Shown: positions 24,372 to 37,390 of the stretch, in pieces
Numbering within the stretch: position 1 is the first letter of the stretch
Layout of the letters: every line of letters begins with the position of its first letter
From: Octopus sinensis
Lineage: Eukaryota
Reading direction: 5' to 3'
DNA length: 64,000 nt
Assembly: GCF_006345805.1 (NCBI RefSeq)
Contig: NC_042997.1
Coordinates: 166,222,001 to 166,286,000, forward strand
Notes under the pieces: model-generated
Databases searched by the model: none
What the model was told of the DNA's origin: nothing
What the model saw: only the letters and a program-made list of their open reading frames with translations
Program-made: the position numbers and the translations under genes

Positions 24372-24620
24372 TAACTTAGAATAACTTAGAAAGGTTTTGG
24401 CCAGTATTGGCCCAGGCCATGTCTAACTTAATAGCACCACCTGGCGAAGTCTTTCAATTCAGGATTTGAGCACCAAGGCCCATTCGATCAGAGAGTTATT
24501 GTTTGCGGAGACATATCCAGGTGTGGGTGGTTTGTCCGGGACTGTTTGGAGGAATTTGTCCAAAGACTTCTTGAATTTTGTGTGGTCAGTTTCTGTTTTG
24601 ACGCGTCCTGGTGTAATCTA
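24372..24620 (-). mobile_element. CR1/L2-type LINE 3' end
   Basis: Minus strand FKKSLDKFLQTVPDKPPTPGYVSANNNSLIEW, followed by a short UTR and a (ttctaag)-type repeat tail. Confidence 0.75.
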
Positions 24621-24629
24621 TAATAAATA

Positions 24630-24812
24630 ATGTTTAATTTAGGGGGTGGGGGTAAGCCGATTACATTAACCCCAGTGTTCAATTGGTATCAACTCCGAAA
24701 GGAAAAAAGCAAAGCCGACATCGGCAGAATTTGGACTCGAAATGTAAAGATGGACGAAATGCCGCAAATCATTTTACCTGGCGTGCTAACAATTCTTCTT
24801 TTCGTCGCCTTA
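24630..24812 (-). mobile_element. SINE family B, degenerate
   Basis: Diverged family B head and core. Confidence 0.7.
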
Positions 24813-25059
24813 AACTGTTATCTAATAAAACAAGGGACATTTACTCAAACTGAGAAAATTTCTTCTCAACAGAAATTGATGTTGCCTGGTATTCAACATA
24901 AAATGTTTATTGAAATACTATGATCTTGTGAGATACCGAAAATGGGGTTCCACTTCATAAGTAACCTAAACTCAGAGTGAACAGTCGATGAGAATTTAGT
25001 TCGTAGAGATGTACTCTGTTTTCACGCCTACTAAAAGGGTTGTAGCGTACGCTTAGTGA

Positions 25060-25142
<83 letters not shown>

Positions 25143-25146
<4 letters not shown>

Positions 25147-26150
25147 ATATATAACATAAATACGGACGTAGCAGATAACATCTAACCTTCGGCCGCTTGG
25201 GCCCGGTTGTATCCACTACTTTGATTGGTTGGTATTGGCGTAATTTGTCTCATGCTCTATTACGTGCCAAAGTGCAACCCAACCAATCGCAGCCTTCTGA
25301 TAAGGTCCCGTGACACAGTCTTTTAAATTCTCTGTTGGAGCTTCCTAGTTTCCTATAAAAAGCTAGATCAACAAACCGTATTTCGTCTTTGATTCTAGAC
25401 CCCTAAGGTCCAACCACTGAGCACAGAGCACACAGCCAGTTCCAGCGACAACACCATCACCAGCAACAACATGGAGAAATATCAACAACTTCGTCTAGCA
25501 GCATTCCGGACCTCCACCTCCGTCGCCTTCATCTCCGTTACCTTCATCAGCAACGACACCAACAACATCTCTACGTACACAGCACCATTCGCCCAGGTTT
25601 AACTTCTCACTGTTTGTGAATTACTTCACCATGGTTAACAGTAAGCTCAACTTGCGAGAGCCTTCTGTACCAAGTAACCCGGCAGCAGCATTGTAGCCAC
25701 AACCTCTTACATAACACGTGCAGTAACCGGCTCTGCTTTTTTCACCTCAACTTTTTGTTACAGCTTCTTCAACTAATGTGTACCTAACTACGAACTGCTA
25801 TTTATCTTCATTGTGTCTGAACTTCTAACGTCCTGTCATACTCTTTCTATGCTCTGTATTTTATCTCACACGCATATACCCTTGTTTGTACACACATACA
25901 CATTATGTATGCTTGACGGCCTGTCTATTATTGTTCTTATTATATATGTACTTATGACGCACACACAGACACACACTCTGCTAACATCTAAATAGAACCT
26001 TCCTCTTAACATTGTACGGTTGTGTCGTCTTTCTTTTCCTTTTGACACTCATACTCATTTATCCATTTTTTGCTTTTATTGTAAGCGACCGTGCGGTGTA
26101 TTAAAGGAGTGATTCATTCGTCACCTCTCCTTTCGCACTGTCGTTCTACA
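25143..26150 (+). mobile_element. Probable solo LTR (~1.0 kb)
   Basis: TGT...ACA ends, CCAAT (25283), TATAAAA (25354), ATTAAA (26100) about 45 nt before the end. No TSD found and the boundaries are uncertain. Confidence 0.5.
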
Positions 26151-26689
26151 GAGTATTCCATGTAAACGTTATTTGATAGTAGTAAATAATAATTTTAATC
26201 TCCTTTGAAACAAGGATAATATTGTAAAATTCTAACACAAATATATCTCTTTATATTGCATTGTCTCATATTAGAAACCTACTTATGTGACGCTTTTGCC
26301 TGAGAATAAAGACCCTGTATTTTAGAAGAGGAGAAATGGGCTATTCGAGGCGTTGGTTTCTTTTTGCAACGCATACGATGTGAATAAAGTAAAATGCTTT
26401 CAATCACATCACAAACTCATTTTCCTTAAAAGGTGCTTCATGCTTAAAGCGAATTGTCGATAATTGGAAGTAAATTATGATTAAATGAACTTACTTGTTC
26501 ACTGTTGTTTGGTGGACGGCTATCACTGAGTTTAAATGCTACAAAAGCTTCAATAATTAGTCTCAATCGAAAATTAGTATAATAAAAACTACGGTTGTTG
26601 CGATTCTCATGAAAATATTGCACAGGAAAAAGTCACAAAAACTATCCATACATGCAGCTATTTGACCTGGTAATATTCTAAGTTATACG

Positions 26690-26910
26690 AAGTCGGCGAG
26701 TTGGCAGAATCGTTGGCACACCGGCCAAGGTGCTTCGTGGAATTTCGTCTGTCTTCATGTTCTGAGTTCAAATTCCGCCGAGGTTGACTTTGCCTTTCGT
26801 CCCTTCGGGTTCGACATCTTAAAACAAGTACAAGTTGAATGCTTGACGGGGTAAACGTAATCAACTTACGCCTCTCCTAAAATTCCTGGCCTAATGACAA
26901 AAATTTTAAA
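26690..26910 (+). mobile_element. SINE family B, degenerate
   Basis: ggcgagttggcagaatcgttggcac head plus ctgagttcaaattccgccgaggttgactttgcc core. Confidence 0.8.
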
Positions 26911-28671
26911 TTACACAGGAAATATGAAACCTATATATCTAATTGCTGCATCAGATTTATAAACCAAAACTACTCATGCTACATAGTTATGTGGCGAAGT
27001 CTCATGCTGTTATACTCGTTGTTGATCCATAAATTAGCAGTTTACTTTTGTCAGCAACTATCTCACACCAAACAATCTGGCCTCAATAGTAATGGTTTCG
27101 TCATTGCGCAAAAAGTGTTCATCGAGCCGGATGCATTGATATCAAGAGACAAGTCTCCGTCATCGAATTTTTGTTAACTGGTGCAGCAAACGATCATATG
27201 TCCTAATGAACCGGCATCGACAGATATGTCGATCTTTCAGGTCAATCAGCTAGCGTGCTTGCTTGCTTCCTCGGCAAACGTTCCTACTTCATTACTTTAG
27301 TAAACGATCAGCAACTCAAACTGATTTTAAACTAACGAACGTCGCTAGCGAATTACGAGCATCGTTGAGAATGCAGCCCAGCTGAAAAAGGCAGAATTGG
27401 TCAACACAGGCCACAACTGCATTGTTCCGATCGATACAGAAAAGGTACAAGTAGCAAGTGTTTCTGATAGTCGACTTGATAATGGTAGTCAAAAGAGAGT
27501 ACAGCCGCAATTGCCAGTAAACCCGCTAACGAGGGTTAACGTTCCAACTTTGAAACTAGCAATTCATATACTGTTTTTTACGGCAAATCAGATACTGTCA
27601 TATTAAAAAGTGGCCAGCTCAACTATCATGATGCCAGAAAGCGGTTGTGGGATCGAACCCGAAAAAGAACTGCCGTGAGCTCACCATCTCGCCTCTTACT
27701 AAGGACTCGCATACCTGACACCTTGAAACCAATGGTTTTTCACCTGTAACGTCTAACAGTATGTATATTTTCTCCCAAAATATACACACACATATGCGCA
27801 CACGCACGCACACGCACGTGTGTCTGTGTTTGTGTGTGTATACTCATCAACGGAATGGTAGAACGCAGTACACATCCTTGTCTCGGTTTATTGGTAACAA
27901 TCATATTTTCTGTGAAGCGCTATTTCTGTATCTTATTTCTTCAATATCGAAAGTGAAACTTCATGTCCTGTGCACTATTTATAGTGGTCGGTAAAGCCTA
28001 TCACATCTACATTGTTATATCAAATAGTAGACAATGTAGATAAATCACTGCTAAATATTATCCTGCAGTTTTGTTAACTGTAGACTGAATTTATTATTCT
28101 CTATAGCAATAATGAGGAATATTAAGATATTCTTTTTATCAAAAAAAAAATTAATCTAGAATATTTATTTTACTAATTATGGACCTAAGAACAATATGCA
28201 TGACACTCACTAAAACGTTACATAAATTATATGCAATCTGCTTTTTCAATTGTCTCCCATAATCTTATTCTTTTAGATAGGTGTATCATATAACTAAGTA
28301 TTCATAAAATGTCGAACATCGACGGCTCTGCGGGGATTTGTTAAGCACTTTAGCTGAAAGTAAACATTTACAAAGTGGTGGGGTAGTTTATACTATTTCG
28401 TCGTTTTATTTTAGATATTTTTTATGAATGACAAAATACTGTCAGCAGGTTAGAAATTCCTCTTTCAGTTGTACTGATGATGAAAGCTTGACTAACTACA
28501 GGCAAATAAGAAGCATGCACTTTGTAAATAAATAAGATTAGCTGTAAACTATTGAAAGAGTCATGCAAATACGAGATACATTCTACATTCATCCCGGAAA
28601 TAATTTACTAAATAAACTCAGGCACATAGCAGAAATATATTCTTTCTCGCAATATCTACCAGCCGTCAACA

Positions 28672-29045
28672 TCTCTATATATATAAACGGCAAAATGTCT
28701 GTCTGTGTGTGTGTGTGTATCCTTTATACAAATCCACAATTTTTCAGTTAGAGGGCTCGCACTTTCTATGGTCATTCAAAACCGTCCAAGGGTGGTCGTG
28801 TACATCTTTACATTTCCCCAGTCACCCCGCAAAGCCATTAAAAAATCAATAGAAGTGACATTTTTGTGAATTTTCTATCCAAAACTCAATCAAAATGCCC
28901 AAAACTTGATACGTCAGTTGAATACCAGCTAGCTGTATGCGATTGGTCGGAGATTTGGACAGAACTTGCGTGTATGTGCGCACGCACGCAGCTATATATG
29001 CATGCACTAGCACTATGACCCGGCGTTGCCGGGTCATAGTGCTAG
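28672..29045 (+). mobile_element. Complete non-autonomous Helitron, 374 bp
   Basis: A|TCTCTATATATATAAACGG... to ...CTAG|T (AT target site, no TSD), with a subterminal palindrome. Confidence 0.88.
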
Positions 29046-29879
29046 TAAGAAATAAATCTGATGAGTTTTACATTGAATAGTTTTTTTTTGCTCTTTTTAG
29101 CTAGTATAGTGGGTGGAACAGTAACAGTAACATAGACTAGGGATAGATATATTGTTACAGATCGGTAACTGAACAGGTAAAGTGTCATGAAAGATAATTC
29201 TAGGTGAATGCTCTTCATGAACAGAACGTTTTTTTACAATTCTGGCGGATAGCCGACTCAACATGTTGAAGCACCTCTATTTTTGTGAACAAATAGTTGT
29301 ATATGTTGTTGATGTGCCTCTCTTGACATGAAAGTTATGCTCAAGAATTTGACCTGCATTTGGTGGATTGTAGAAGGTTCGAGTATTTTCTAGCTAAATG
29401 GGGAAAAAAGTCATTTTTTGTAATCTTGGCTGCGTGAAGAATATAAAATATCCATATGAACCTGTTAGATTCGGTTGTATACTTTTCACTGTTAAGGTTC
29501 TCTAGAGAATGATCTCTGCTCAGAACGTTAGAATTTGCCCACTTCTCATGAAGCGCAAGCTTAACTCTATTTTAAGAATTTTTATTAACTTGTATTTTGC
29601 CGACGTTTTCTTGGATTCTAGTTCTTTTTATCTTTATTCTGATGGTTAGATTTAGCATTTGTAAGTAGTATAGTTGTTGCGCCACAGACATTTTCCAACG
29701 ACGTGGAAATGGTTTCTTGAGATTCGTTCTGTCAGTAATATCTGTTGAAGAAAATGTGAATGTCATGTCATTGCAAGGTGCGTTGTCCTTGTGGGTCGTG
29801 CTGAGATTGTGTGCAGATGAAGATTGTTTGCTTATAAAAATCTATTTTCTAAGAGAAAATTAAGTCTATTGGCTTAGAA

Positions 29880-29950
29880 GATAGTTAGACAGACAGACAG
29901 GCAGACAGACAGACAGACAGGCAGACAGACGGGCAGACAGACAGACAGAC

Positions 29951-30009
<59 letters not shown>

Positions 30010-30034
30010 CAGACAGACAAACAAATAGATAGAC

Positions 30035-30126
<92 letters not shown>

Positions 30127-30140
30127 TGATTGATTGATTG
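29880..30140. repeat. (GACA)n/(GATA)n microsatellite
   Basis: Directly visible. Confidence 0.95.
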
Positions 30141-30582
30141 ATGTAGTACTAGTGAGAGTTCGGATACCCGCGAAACTATGGATAATCAAGCTGATACTCT
30201 AAGTGTCCGTCGTTCGTATACTGGAGATGTAATGTGTCCATGTCCGTGACACGTCTCCGTGGCTTAATCCACTTGCTTATGTCATCGTGGTTTAATCCTC
30301 CCTATTACTGACACTATTTTGCTTATCTCAAAGAAAGGAAATTTAAAGTCAGTCCTGATAGAATTTTTGCTTCTGTATCGAGATGCACGGAACAAAAAGA
30401 CACACTCTCCATAAACTTTTTAATGTACTGTTTTTCGATATTGGACATATATACAGCTGATTCTTCAACACTAGAAATTACAAAGGAATTAAATTATGTA
30501 ACTTCAAACGTTAAATCCTGGCGTTATATTCCAAGAGAATGTCACTACCAGTATCCAGTTGTAATTTAGTATTTACTCCGTT

Positions 30583-30740
30583 TAGGCTGCGAGCTGGCAG
30601 AAACGTTAGAACGCCGGGCGAAATGTTTAGCAGTATTTCGTTAGTCTTTACGTTCTGAGTCCAAATTCCGAGGTCGACATTGTCTTTCATCCTTTCGGGG
30701 ACGATAAATTAAGTACCAGTTGCGTACTGGGTCGATCTAT
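30583..30740 (+). mobile_element. SINE family B, 5' part
   Basis: aggctgcgagctggcagaaacgttag head plus core. Confidence 0.85.
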
Positions 30741-30744
30741 TTCT

Positions 30745-31000
30745 CCAGTCTTCCACCCATGCATCCTCGTGACCGGTCACCACCATCTCATGTCCCACCG
30801 GACATTGATAAGTGGACCCATGTTTTTGTTCGGGATGATTATGTCAGGGGACCGCTTGTTGCTCCCTATAAAGGACCATTTCGTGTGCTATCACGCACAC
30901 CCAAAACTTTTACTATCGATATGAATGGTCGGACAGAGACCATCTCTGTAAATAGACTTAAAAGAGCTCATGTTGAGGTGTCTGCACCACTTAATAACAC
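30745..31000 (+). mobile_element. Gypsy LTR-retrotransposon integrase C-terminal fragment (GPY/F region)
   Basis: THVFVRDDYVRGPLVAPYKGPFRVLSRTPKTFTIDMNGRTETISVNRLKRAH matches the Gypsy integrase C-terminal motif. Confidence 0.88.
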
Positions 31001-31755
31001 CCCAGCTACGTCCACCTTTGATCCACTGCGATCACCCACACATGTATCTTTGCTCACATCTATACCCTCACCTTCGTCATCACAACCTGCCTCACAACCA
31101 CAACCAAACAAACTTTATGTCACCTTATAAACTCTTCAAGAAACCAAGCAACAATTCATCGTGCATCCTCATACAAACTGGCCATGCACCGAACGCCATC
31201 GAACATCTTCCGGTAAGCACCAGCAAAAAGATAGATGCATTATTTTCAGACGAAGCCAGTTTCAACGGGATTAAGAAGTAATACGGGGTGGCACAAAAGC
31301 AAAGACAAAACACATATTGATCGATCTCTCACTCTCAGTTACTGGAGATTCCGTGAAACTTTTTATTAAGCATATTAGTTCCATTTCATATCTGCATTTA
31401 TTCAAAATAACAGTGAGGTGTCGAAACTATTTGAAAAATTGGACAGAATTTGTCTGAATACTTATACTATGTGAACCAAGGTTAGTGGTCGTGTCGATAA
31501 ATTTATGATGCTTATCATCAGCCAAAAGTCAGAAACGATGGAAGAAATTCGCTCGAAGGATAGGATTCAGCATATCAGCAATGATATAACCTAGAGGAAA
31601 ACTCAAAACAAATTCAAACTCAAGTCATCAATTTTTCACGGTAAGTGGCAACAGGCAACATCACGTGGTTGGTTTTGTCAACGTCAGAAAAGTCAAAGGC
31701 AAAATGCTTTCTCTGCCCCATTGCCGAATAAAAAACAAATTTTTGAAGTATTATC

Positions 31756-31836
<81 letters not shown>

Positions 31837-32085
31837 AAGCTGCTGACTGTAAACCAGCCATGTTACATTCGGCGTTTTCAGTTAAATATGAGTTATGAGA
31901 ATATGCATCCAGTAGATAAGCACATGGTGAAACACAACACTTAACTGGTGATGATAACAAAATCTCCCTCTGGTAGATTGCGGTAAGTTGAGGAATGTTC
32001 TCGAGAATTTCTCAAACGGTGAGGAAGACGATATGTAAAACGGGTCACTTCAGTTATTCCAAATGCGCTAAAAAAAAAACGCTTA

Positions 32086-32896
32086 GGATCTTTTCCTTTT
32101 CATGGGCAACTCGATTAATTAAGTTTCTTTAACTAAATATTTTGAAACTTCGTATACTGGTAGAATGTCATATAGAACATCTTTTACTTTTAGCGTTGTT
32201 GAGAAAAGTTTCTATTTACGAAGTTTAAAGTTGTCGTATTTCGGTAATTTCAACCAATCAATGACGTGTATTCAGATGAATAAAATTACTGCTGTTGTTT
32301 GTCAACAACTATCGGCGGTGTATATTTCGTTTGTAACTAGTATTTATGACATCGTTCGTGCGTTTGTACTGGTTTTAAGGTTTAGGGTTTTAGGGTTAGG
32401 ATTGGGGTTTTAGGGTTAGGGTTACGGAAAAAAGGGAAAAATAAAGAAATTGGAAGGGGAGAGGTAAGGGGGCCAAAAGATTTCAAAACTCCGATTTTGG
32501 GCAATTTTCCGGAATCCCTGTATCCGAAAAACTGAGGTTTTTGGCAAAAAAAAATTTTTTTAAACAATAATCTGCGAGAAAAAGCAGTAGAAATGCACGA
32601 ACGATTATGGTAGTGCCATGAAGTAAACATGCTTCAGATACATTCGTTTATTCATACGAAAGTAACTGAGATGAAATGCGTCATAAATAACAGTGACAAA
32701 CGAAATATACACCGCCGGAAGTTGTTGTTGACAAGCAACAGCAGTAATTTTATTCAGCTGAATACACGTCATCGAATGATTGAAATTACGAAATAACTTC
32801 GTAAATAGAAACTTTTCTCAACAACACTAAGAGTAAAAGATGTATTTAGTTAAAGAAAATTAATTAATCGAGCTGCCCATGAAAAGGAAAAAATCC
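32086..32896. mobile_element. Long-TIR MITE (MULE-like) with internal TTAGGG-like repeats
   Basis: ~32086-32350 is the approximate reverse complement of ~32680-32896. GG termini; imperfect 8-9-bp TSD aaacgctta / aaagctta. Confidence 0.8.
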
Positions 32897-33255
32897 AAAG
32901 CTTAGATCAGCTGCGCTCGATGCTTGACCAACTGTTTAAACGAGGCAGCTCCCGTCGAGTTAGAAACAGGAATAGTGATCTTGATATTTGTAACTGTTGA
33001 TGAAGAAAAAGAAATATCTGCTATACATGAGCAGCTCTACCGTACAATGGTCCTTCGCGCAAGGTTAGTCTGTGTATGTGGTAGAAAGTAAGACAATAAG
33101 AACGGTTTAAAAAATGACTCTTCCAATGAGCTATTTGCCAACTGCTTTCTATCCATTAATTCATTCTCCAGCAATTGGTCCTGTCATTTAAATTAATCAT
33201 GCTTATGGATGCCGTTTTTAAATCATACACTGGGTGCGGGAGGGAGCGCACTAAC

Positions 33256-33299
<44 letters not shown>

Positions 33300-33464
33300 T
33301 TTCCTTGGGGCTGGCCAGGTCGGAGCAATCTCAAGATTAATCAGCCGAAATTGCGAGGATGATCCGGTTCTTGACTGAAGATTAGAGGCTCGATTGACCC
33401 GTCCGTTTTTTTGTATCGTCTATTAGAATGTTTTGTGTTCTTGTCCCATTTTGTATTTTTATAC

Positions 33465-33751
33465 ATCACGTGATCACGTGACCGACCAGTCCATCAGATG
33501 TAGTTACACATCGCTGGTCACAATGCGTTTGCATTGTTTTAGCCTTCGAACGACGCCACCCTGCTGGCTAAGCGAGCAGGCCAACGGAAGAAAGAGTGGG
33601 AGAAAGAGTGGTGAAAGAGTACAGCAGGGATCACCACCCCCTGCCAGAGCCTCGTGGAGCTTTTAGGTGTTTTCACTCAATAAACACTCACAATGCCCGG
33701 CCTGGGAATCGAAACCGCGAGTCCGCTGCCCTAACCACTGGGCCATTGTGC
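33465..33751 (-). mobile_element. tRNA-derived SINE, family E
   Basis: Minus-strand head gcacaatggcccagtggttagggcagcggactcgcggtttcgattcccagg; tail (atcacgtg)n. Abuts a family A 3' piece at 33752-33897. Confidence 0.75.
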
Positions 33752-36700
33752 GGTTCGGCAAAAGAGACCAATAAAATAAGTACTGGGCTTACAAAAAGAA
33801 TAAGTCCCGGGGTCGAATTGCTTGATTAAAGGCATGCTCCAGCATGGCCGCAGTCAAATGACTGAAACAAGTAAAAGAGAAAGAAAGAGTAAAGAGTATA
33901 TATATATATTCGCAGTCTCCAGGCTTTACTCTATGCATTTCTTAACACTAAAATAATTTATATTTATGTATATAGACATACCCCTCTCAGACTAGTTCCA
34001 ATCAACTTCTAATAACATATATAAAAAATATATCCACATTCCATATGTTTCATACACACACACATTACTGAAAATATAAACTAGTGGAGTATATAAAAAT
34101 CCCCTAAGTTTATAGCTGAAGAATATCTCACGAGACATGTCAATGAACCATTTAGATATTCCGAATAGTGTCATAAATCTACATGAGAAATATGTGACAG
34201 ATATTAAACATCATTAATGGGTTAGTAATAAAGATAAAGAAATGTCTAAGAGATGAAATTGGTCACCACGGGCCGATGAAGAAAACAAACACAAAAATCC
34301 GATTCTGGAAGGCAAGAGTTCGAATTTATAAAAGAACAGTCTCTAAATAAATAAAGACAGTATGTATGTCTCTGTGTTCATTGTGCTACGTGAGAGATGA
34401 GAAACAAGGGAGCAAGAGAGTAAATATGCTTTGCAACGACATGGCTGACTGATCAAGATGAACGAGAGATCTTTCTCTCGTCTTTGCTTAATTGCAGTTC
34501 CCTTACATAGTGCAAAAGGGACAAAGAAAAGTTGCTGAGCAGCTACTGATTGACCGGGTGCAACCAATGTAAAATAGGATCAAGCTGTGTAGTTGGTTTC
34601 TGATAGATCGGTTTTACAGTCTGGTACCAATCTGCACACAAGAAAATATATATACTGGGCATTCAGAATGCATTTTTAATAAATCTTGCTGTTTTCTGCA
34701 GTAGCTGTAATTAATAGCCAAAAGAAGTACAGTTAATAGGTAGGTATTAATTGATAAAACAAAGTCAAACTGAATGCTAGCCAAGATTTTCATGCTGTTA
34801 TGTATGTAATAGTGAGAGCTAAAAGGAAGCAAGGAGGGGAAGCCAATGGTTGCAGAATATGCTACAAACCTTTAAAAAGAAATCTATCACTGGTGTCCAA
34901 GGATCTGATTTGTGAACACACAATTCTACTTTTTCTTTTGTCAACGTTGATTATACGATTCTTAGAATTTTTATTACAAAATATATACCTTCACAGAATC
35001 TTACACATATTTCATTTCGATTGTCTGTTACTTCATCTGAGGAAGATAAGTAATATCTATTACCTCTGAAGGTCTCCATGGACTGGCAAGAAAGTTGCAT
35101 ATAAATTTATAAAAAGACCATTCAATTATTACTTTTCTCAACATTTCTATCAATCTCATCAAAAATATCAACCATTTAAATAGAACAATGTAGTGCCAGA
35201 TGCTGAAAAAACAATGGTTGCAACGGGAATATGGGTTTACTGGATCAAAGAAGTCTTGAGATTTAATAGCAATGCCACTTGTTACAATCCTGTCACAGTT
35301 GTATAAATGAAAATATCACATGAACTTTCATCAAAAGTAATTTACAACTATTAGAGGGTGGCATTGTGAGCATCATTGAATAAGAGGGCCTCAGAAAATT
35401 GAGACATTTTTCAATGTTTGGTTAATGTTGGAGGTTGACCTCTAACTATCTCATAGTACATAACAGTCGTGATTAGAGAGTAAACTGAGTTTCAATATTT
35501 TTTAATATTTTCCCCTGATAAGCAGTGTTTATTTTTATGTCTTTATGAAATGATTCAGAGAACCAACGTTAAACTACACCCAATTCAAGTACACCCCTCG
35601 GGTTAAATGATATCATGTTGCAAACAGTACCGAATGATAGCAATGTTTTTACAAGGACTCACAAATGAATAGTGAGAAAATGCTAAAATGTTTGCTGTAT
35701 TCCTGGCTAGCAGCATTATCGGTTAGACGCTCCAGTAACAATATATAACATACAAAGGAATCATTATTTGAAAATCTCACCTAAATACATAATATATCAT
35801 ACACACACAAACACATACATTCACACGGGGCAGAGATATTAAAGAGGCAAACGTCTGTTTGAACACGTCGTAATTATTTAATGAAAAAATATATACTAGT
35901 CACACAGAATTAATATTTTAAAACATACAACTCAGATTACGATTAAGAAAACAATATAATCAAGAACTTTATTGAAATACGATGACATCGAAATAGCTTT
36001 GAAAGTGGTTTTTTATAAAGGCTAGCTTAATTCAGTTTTAAGTTAGGATGTGTTTTGACTGAAATTCAAATTTGGAAGAACTGTATAAAAATCAATGAAA
36101 TAAATCGTCCTCCGCGTAGTTATTCTTTTCTAATTTGCAACTGGAAAATGTTACTTTTTCATCAAATTTCCATTCTGCACATTAGTTCCTTCCTTGGTTG
36201 CAGGGTTTATTTATTTATTTTTCTTATCAAGTTTTTCAAAAGAGAGTTTATCATGAAAACGTTTAAATCGTAACCAAATATGTTTTCCAGTATTCGTTAC
36301 AAGTGTGAAAAACAAGGTAATACCTGTTTGTAGAAAAGGAATAGTTTCCCCAGATAAAAGAGCTATATTTGAATGTAATCTGGACACTTGATATCGTTGA
36401 ATGGTGCAAATTTTATTATAAAAGGTTTTTGATGGCTCAAGCAGAAAACGAAATTGGAACCGATAAGAATTAAGTGGTTAATGAAGTGGTTTTAAAATCT
36501 GGCAACTTACATGAAATGTATGTTACGTTAATGCTAACATACTTCAATGCAGTGAGCATAGATCTAATATAAAAATAATTATAAAAAATAATTATGTAGC
36601 AAGGCAAGGACAACATTAGCTCAATAATTAATATTATTTCAATCATTTCTGCGAGTCTTGCACAATATTCGACATCTATTTAGTGACAGCCTTCAACAAG

Positions 36701-36983
36701 TATAGTGATTAACACATTACTAAGCTCTTGAAACCAAAACAAGTTCACAGTTGTCCCTCACTATGTTAAGATGATTAAAGGTATATATTAGTGAATAACT
36801 AACGTTGTCTTTCCCTCACCGCATAATTACATTAAATTTTTGATGCCCACAACATTAATTACGTTAACATTAACGTTTTTCATGCATATGGTGTCTCTGA
36901 ATAAATTACATTGGTAATTCATTTCTTTTAATAACACACACAAATAAGTTCTTCCAAATTCAAATGTTATCAAGTATAAGGCC

Positions 36984-37390
36984 AGGAGTGGCTGTGTGGT
37001 AAGTAGCTTGCTTACCAACCACATGGTTCCAGGTTCAGTCCCACTGTGTGGCACCTTGGGCAAGTGTCTTCTACTATAGCCTAGGGCTGACCAAAGCCTT
37101 GTGAGTGGATTTGGTAGATGGAAACTGAAAGAAGCCCGTCGTATATGTGTGTGTATATATATATGTGTGTGTGTGTGTATCGGTGTTTGTTCCCCCCAAC
37201 ATCGCTTGACAACCGATGCTGGTGTGTTTACGTCCCCGTAACTTAGCAGTTCGGCAAAAGAGACCGATAGACTAAGTACAATTCTTACAAAGAATAAGTC
37301 CTGGGGTCAATTTTCTCGACTAAAGGCGGTGCTCCAGCATGGACACAGTCGAATGACTGAAACAAGTAAAAGAGTAAGAGAGTTAAAGAG
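36984..37390 (+). mobile_element. SINE family A, full length
   Basis: Head-to-tail match to 2248-2742. Confidence 0.92.

Noticed and set aside
32368-32425. Chromosome end or telomere fusion site
   Set aside because: The tract is short, degenerate and embedded within a TIR element.
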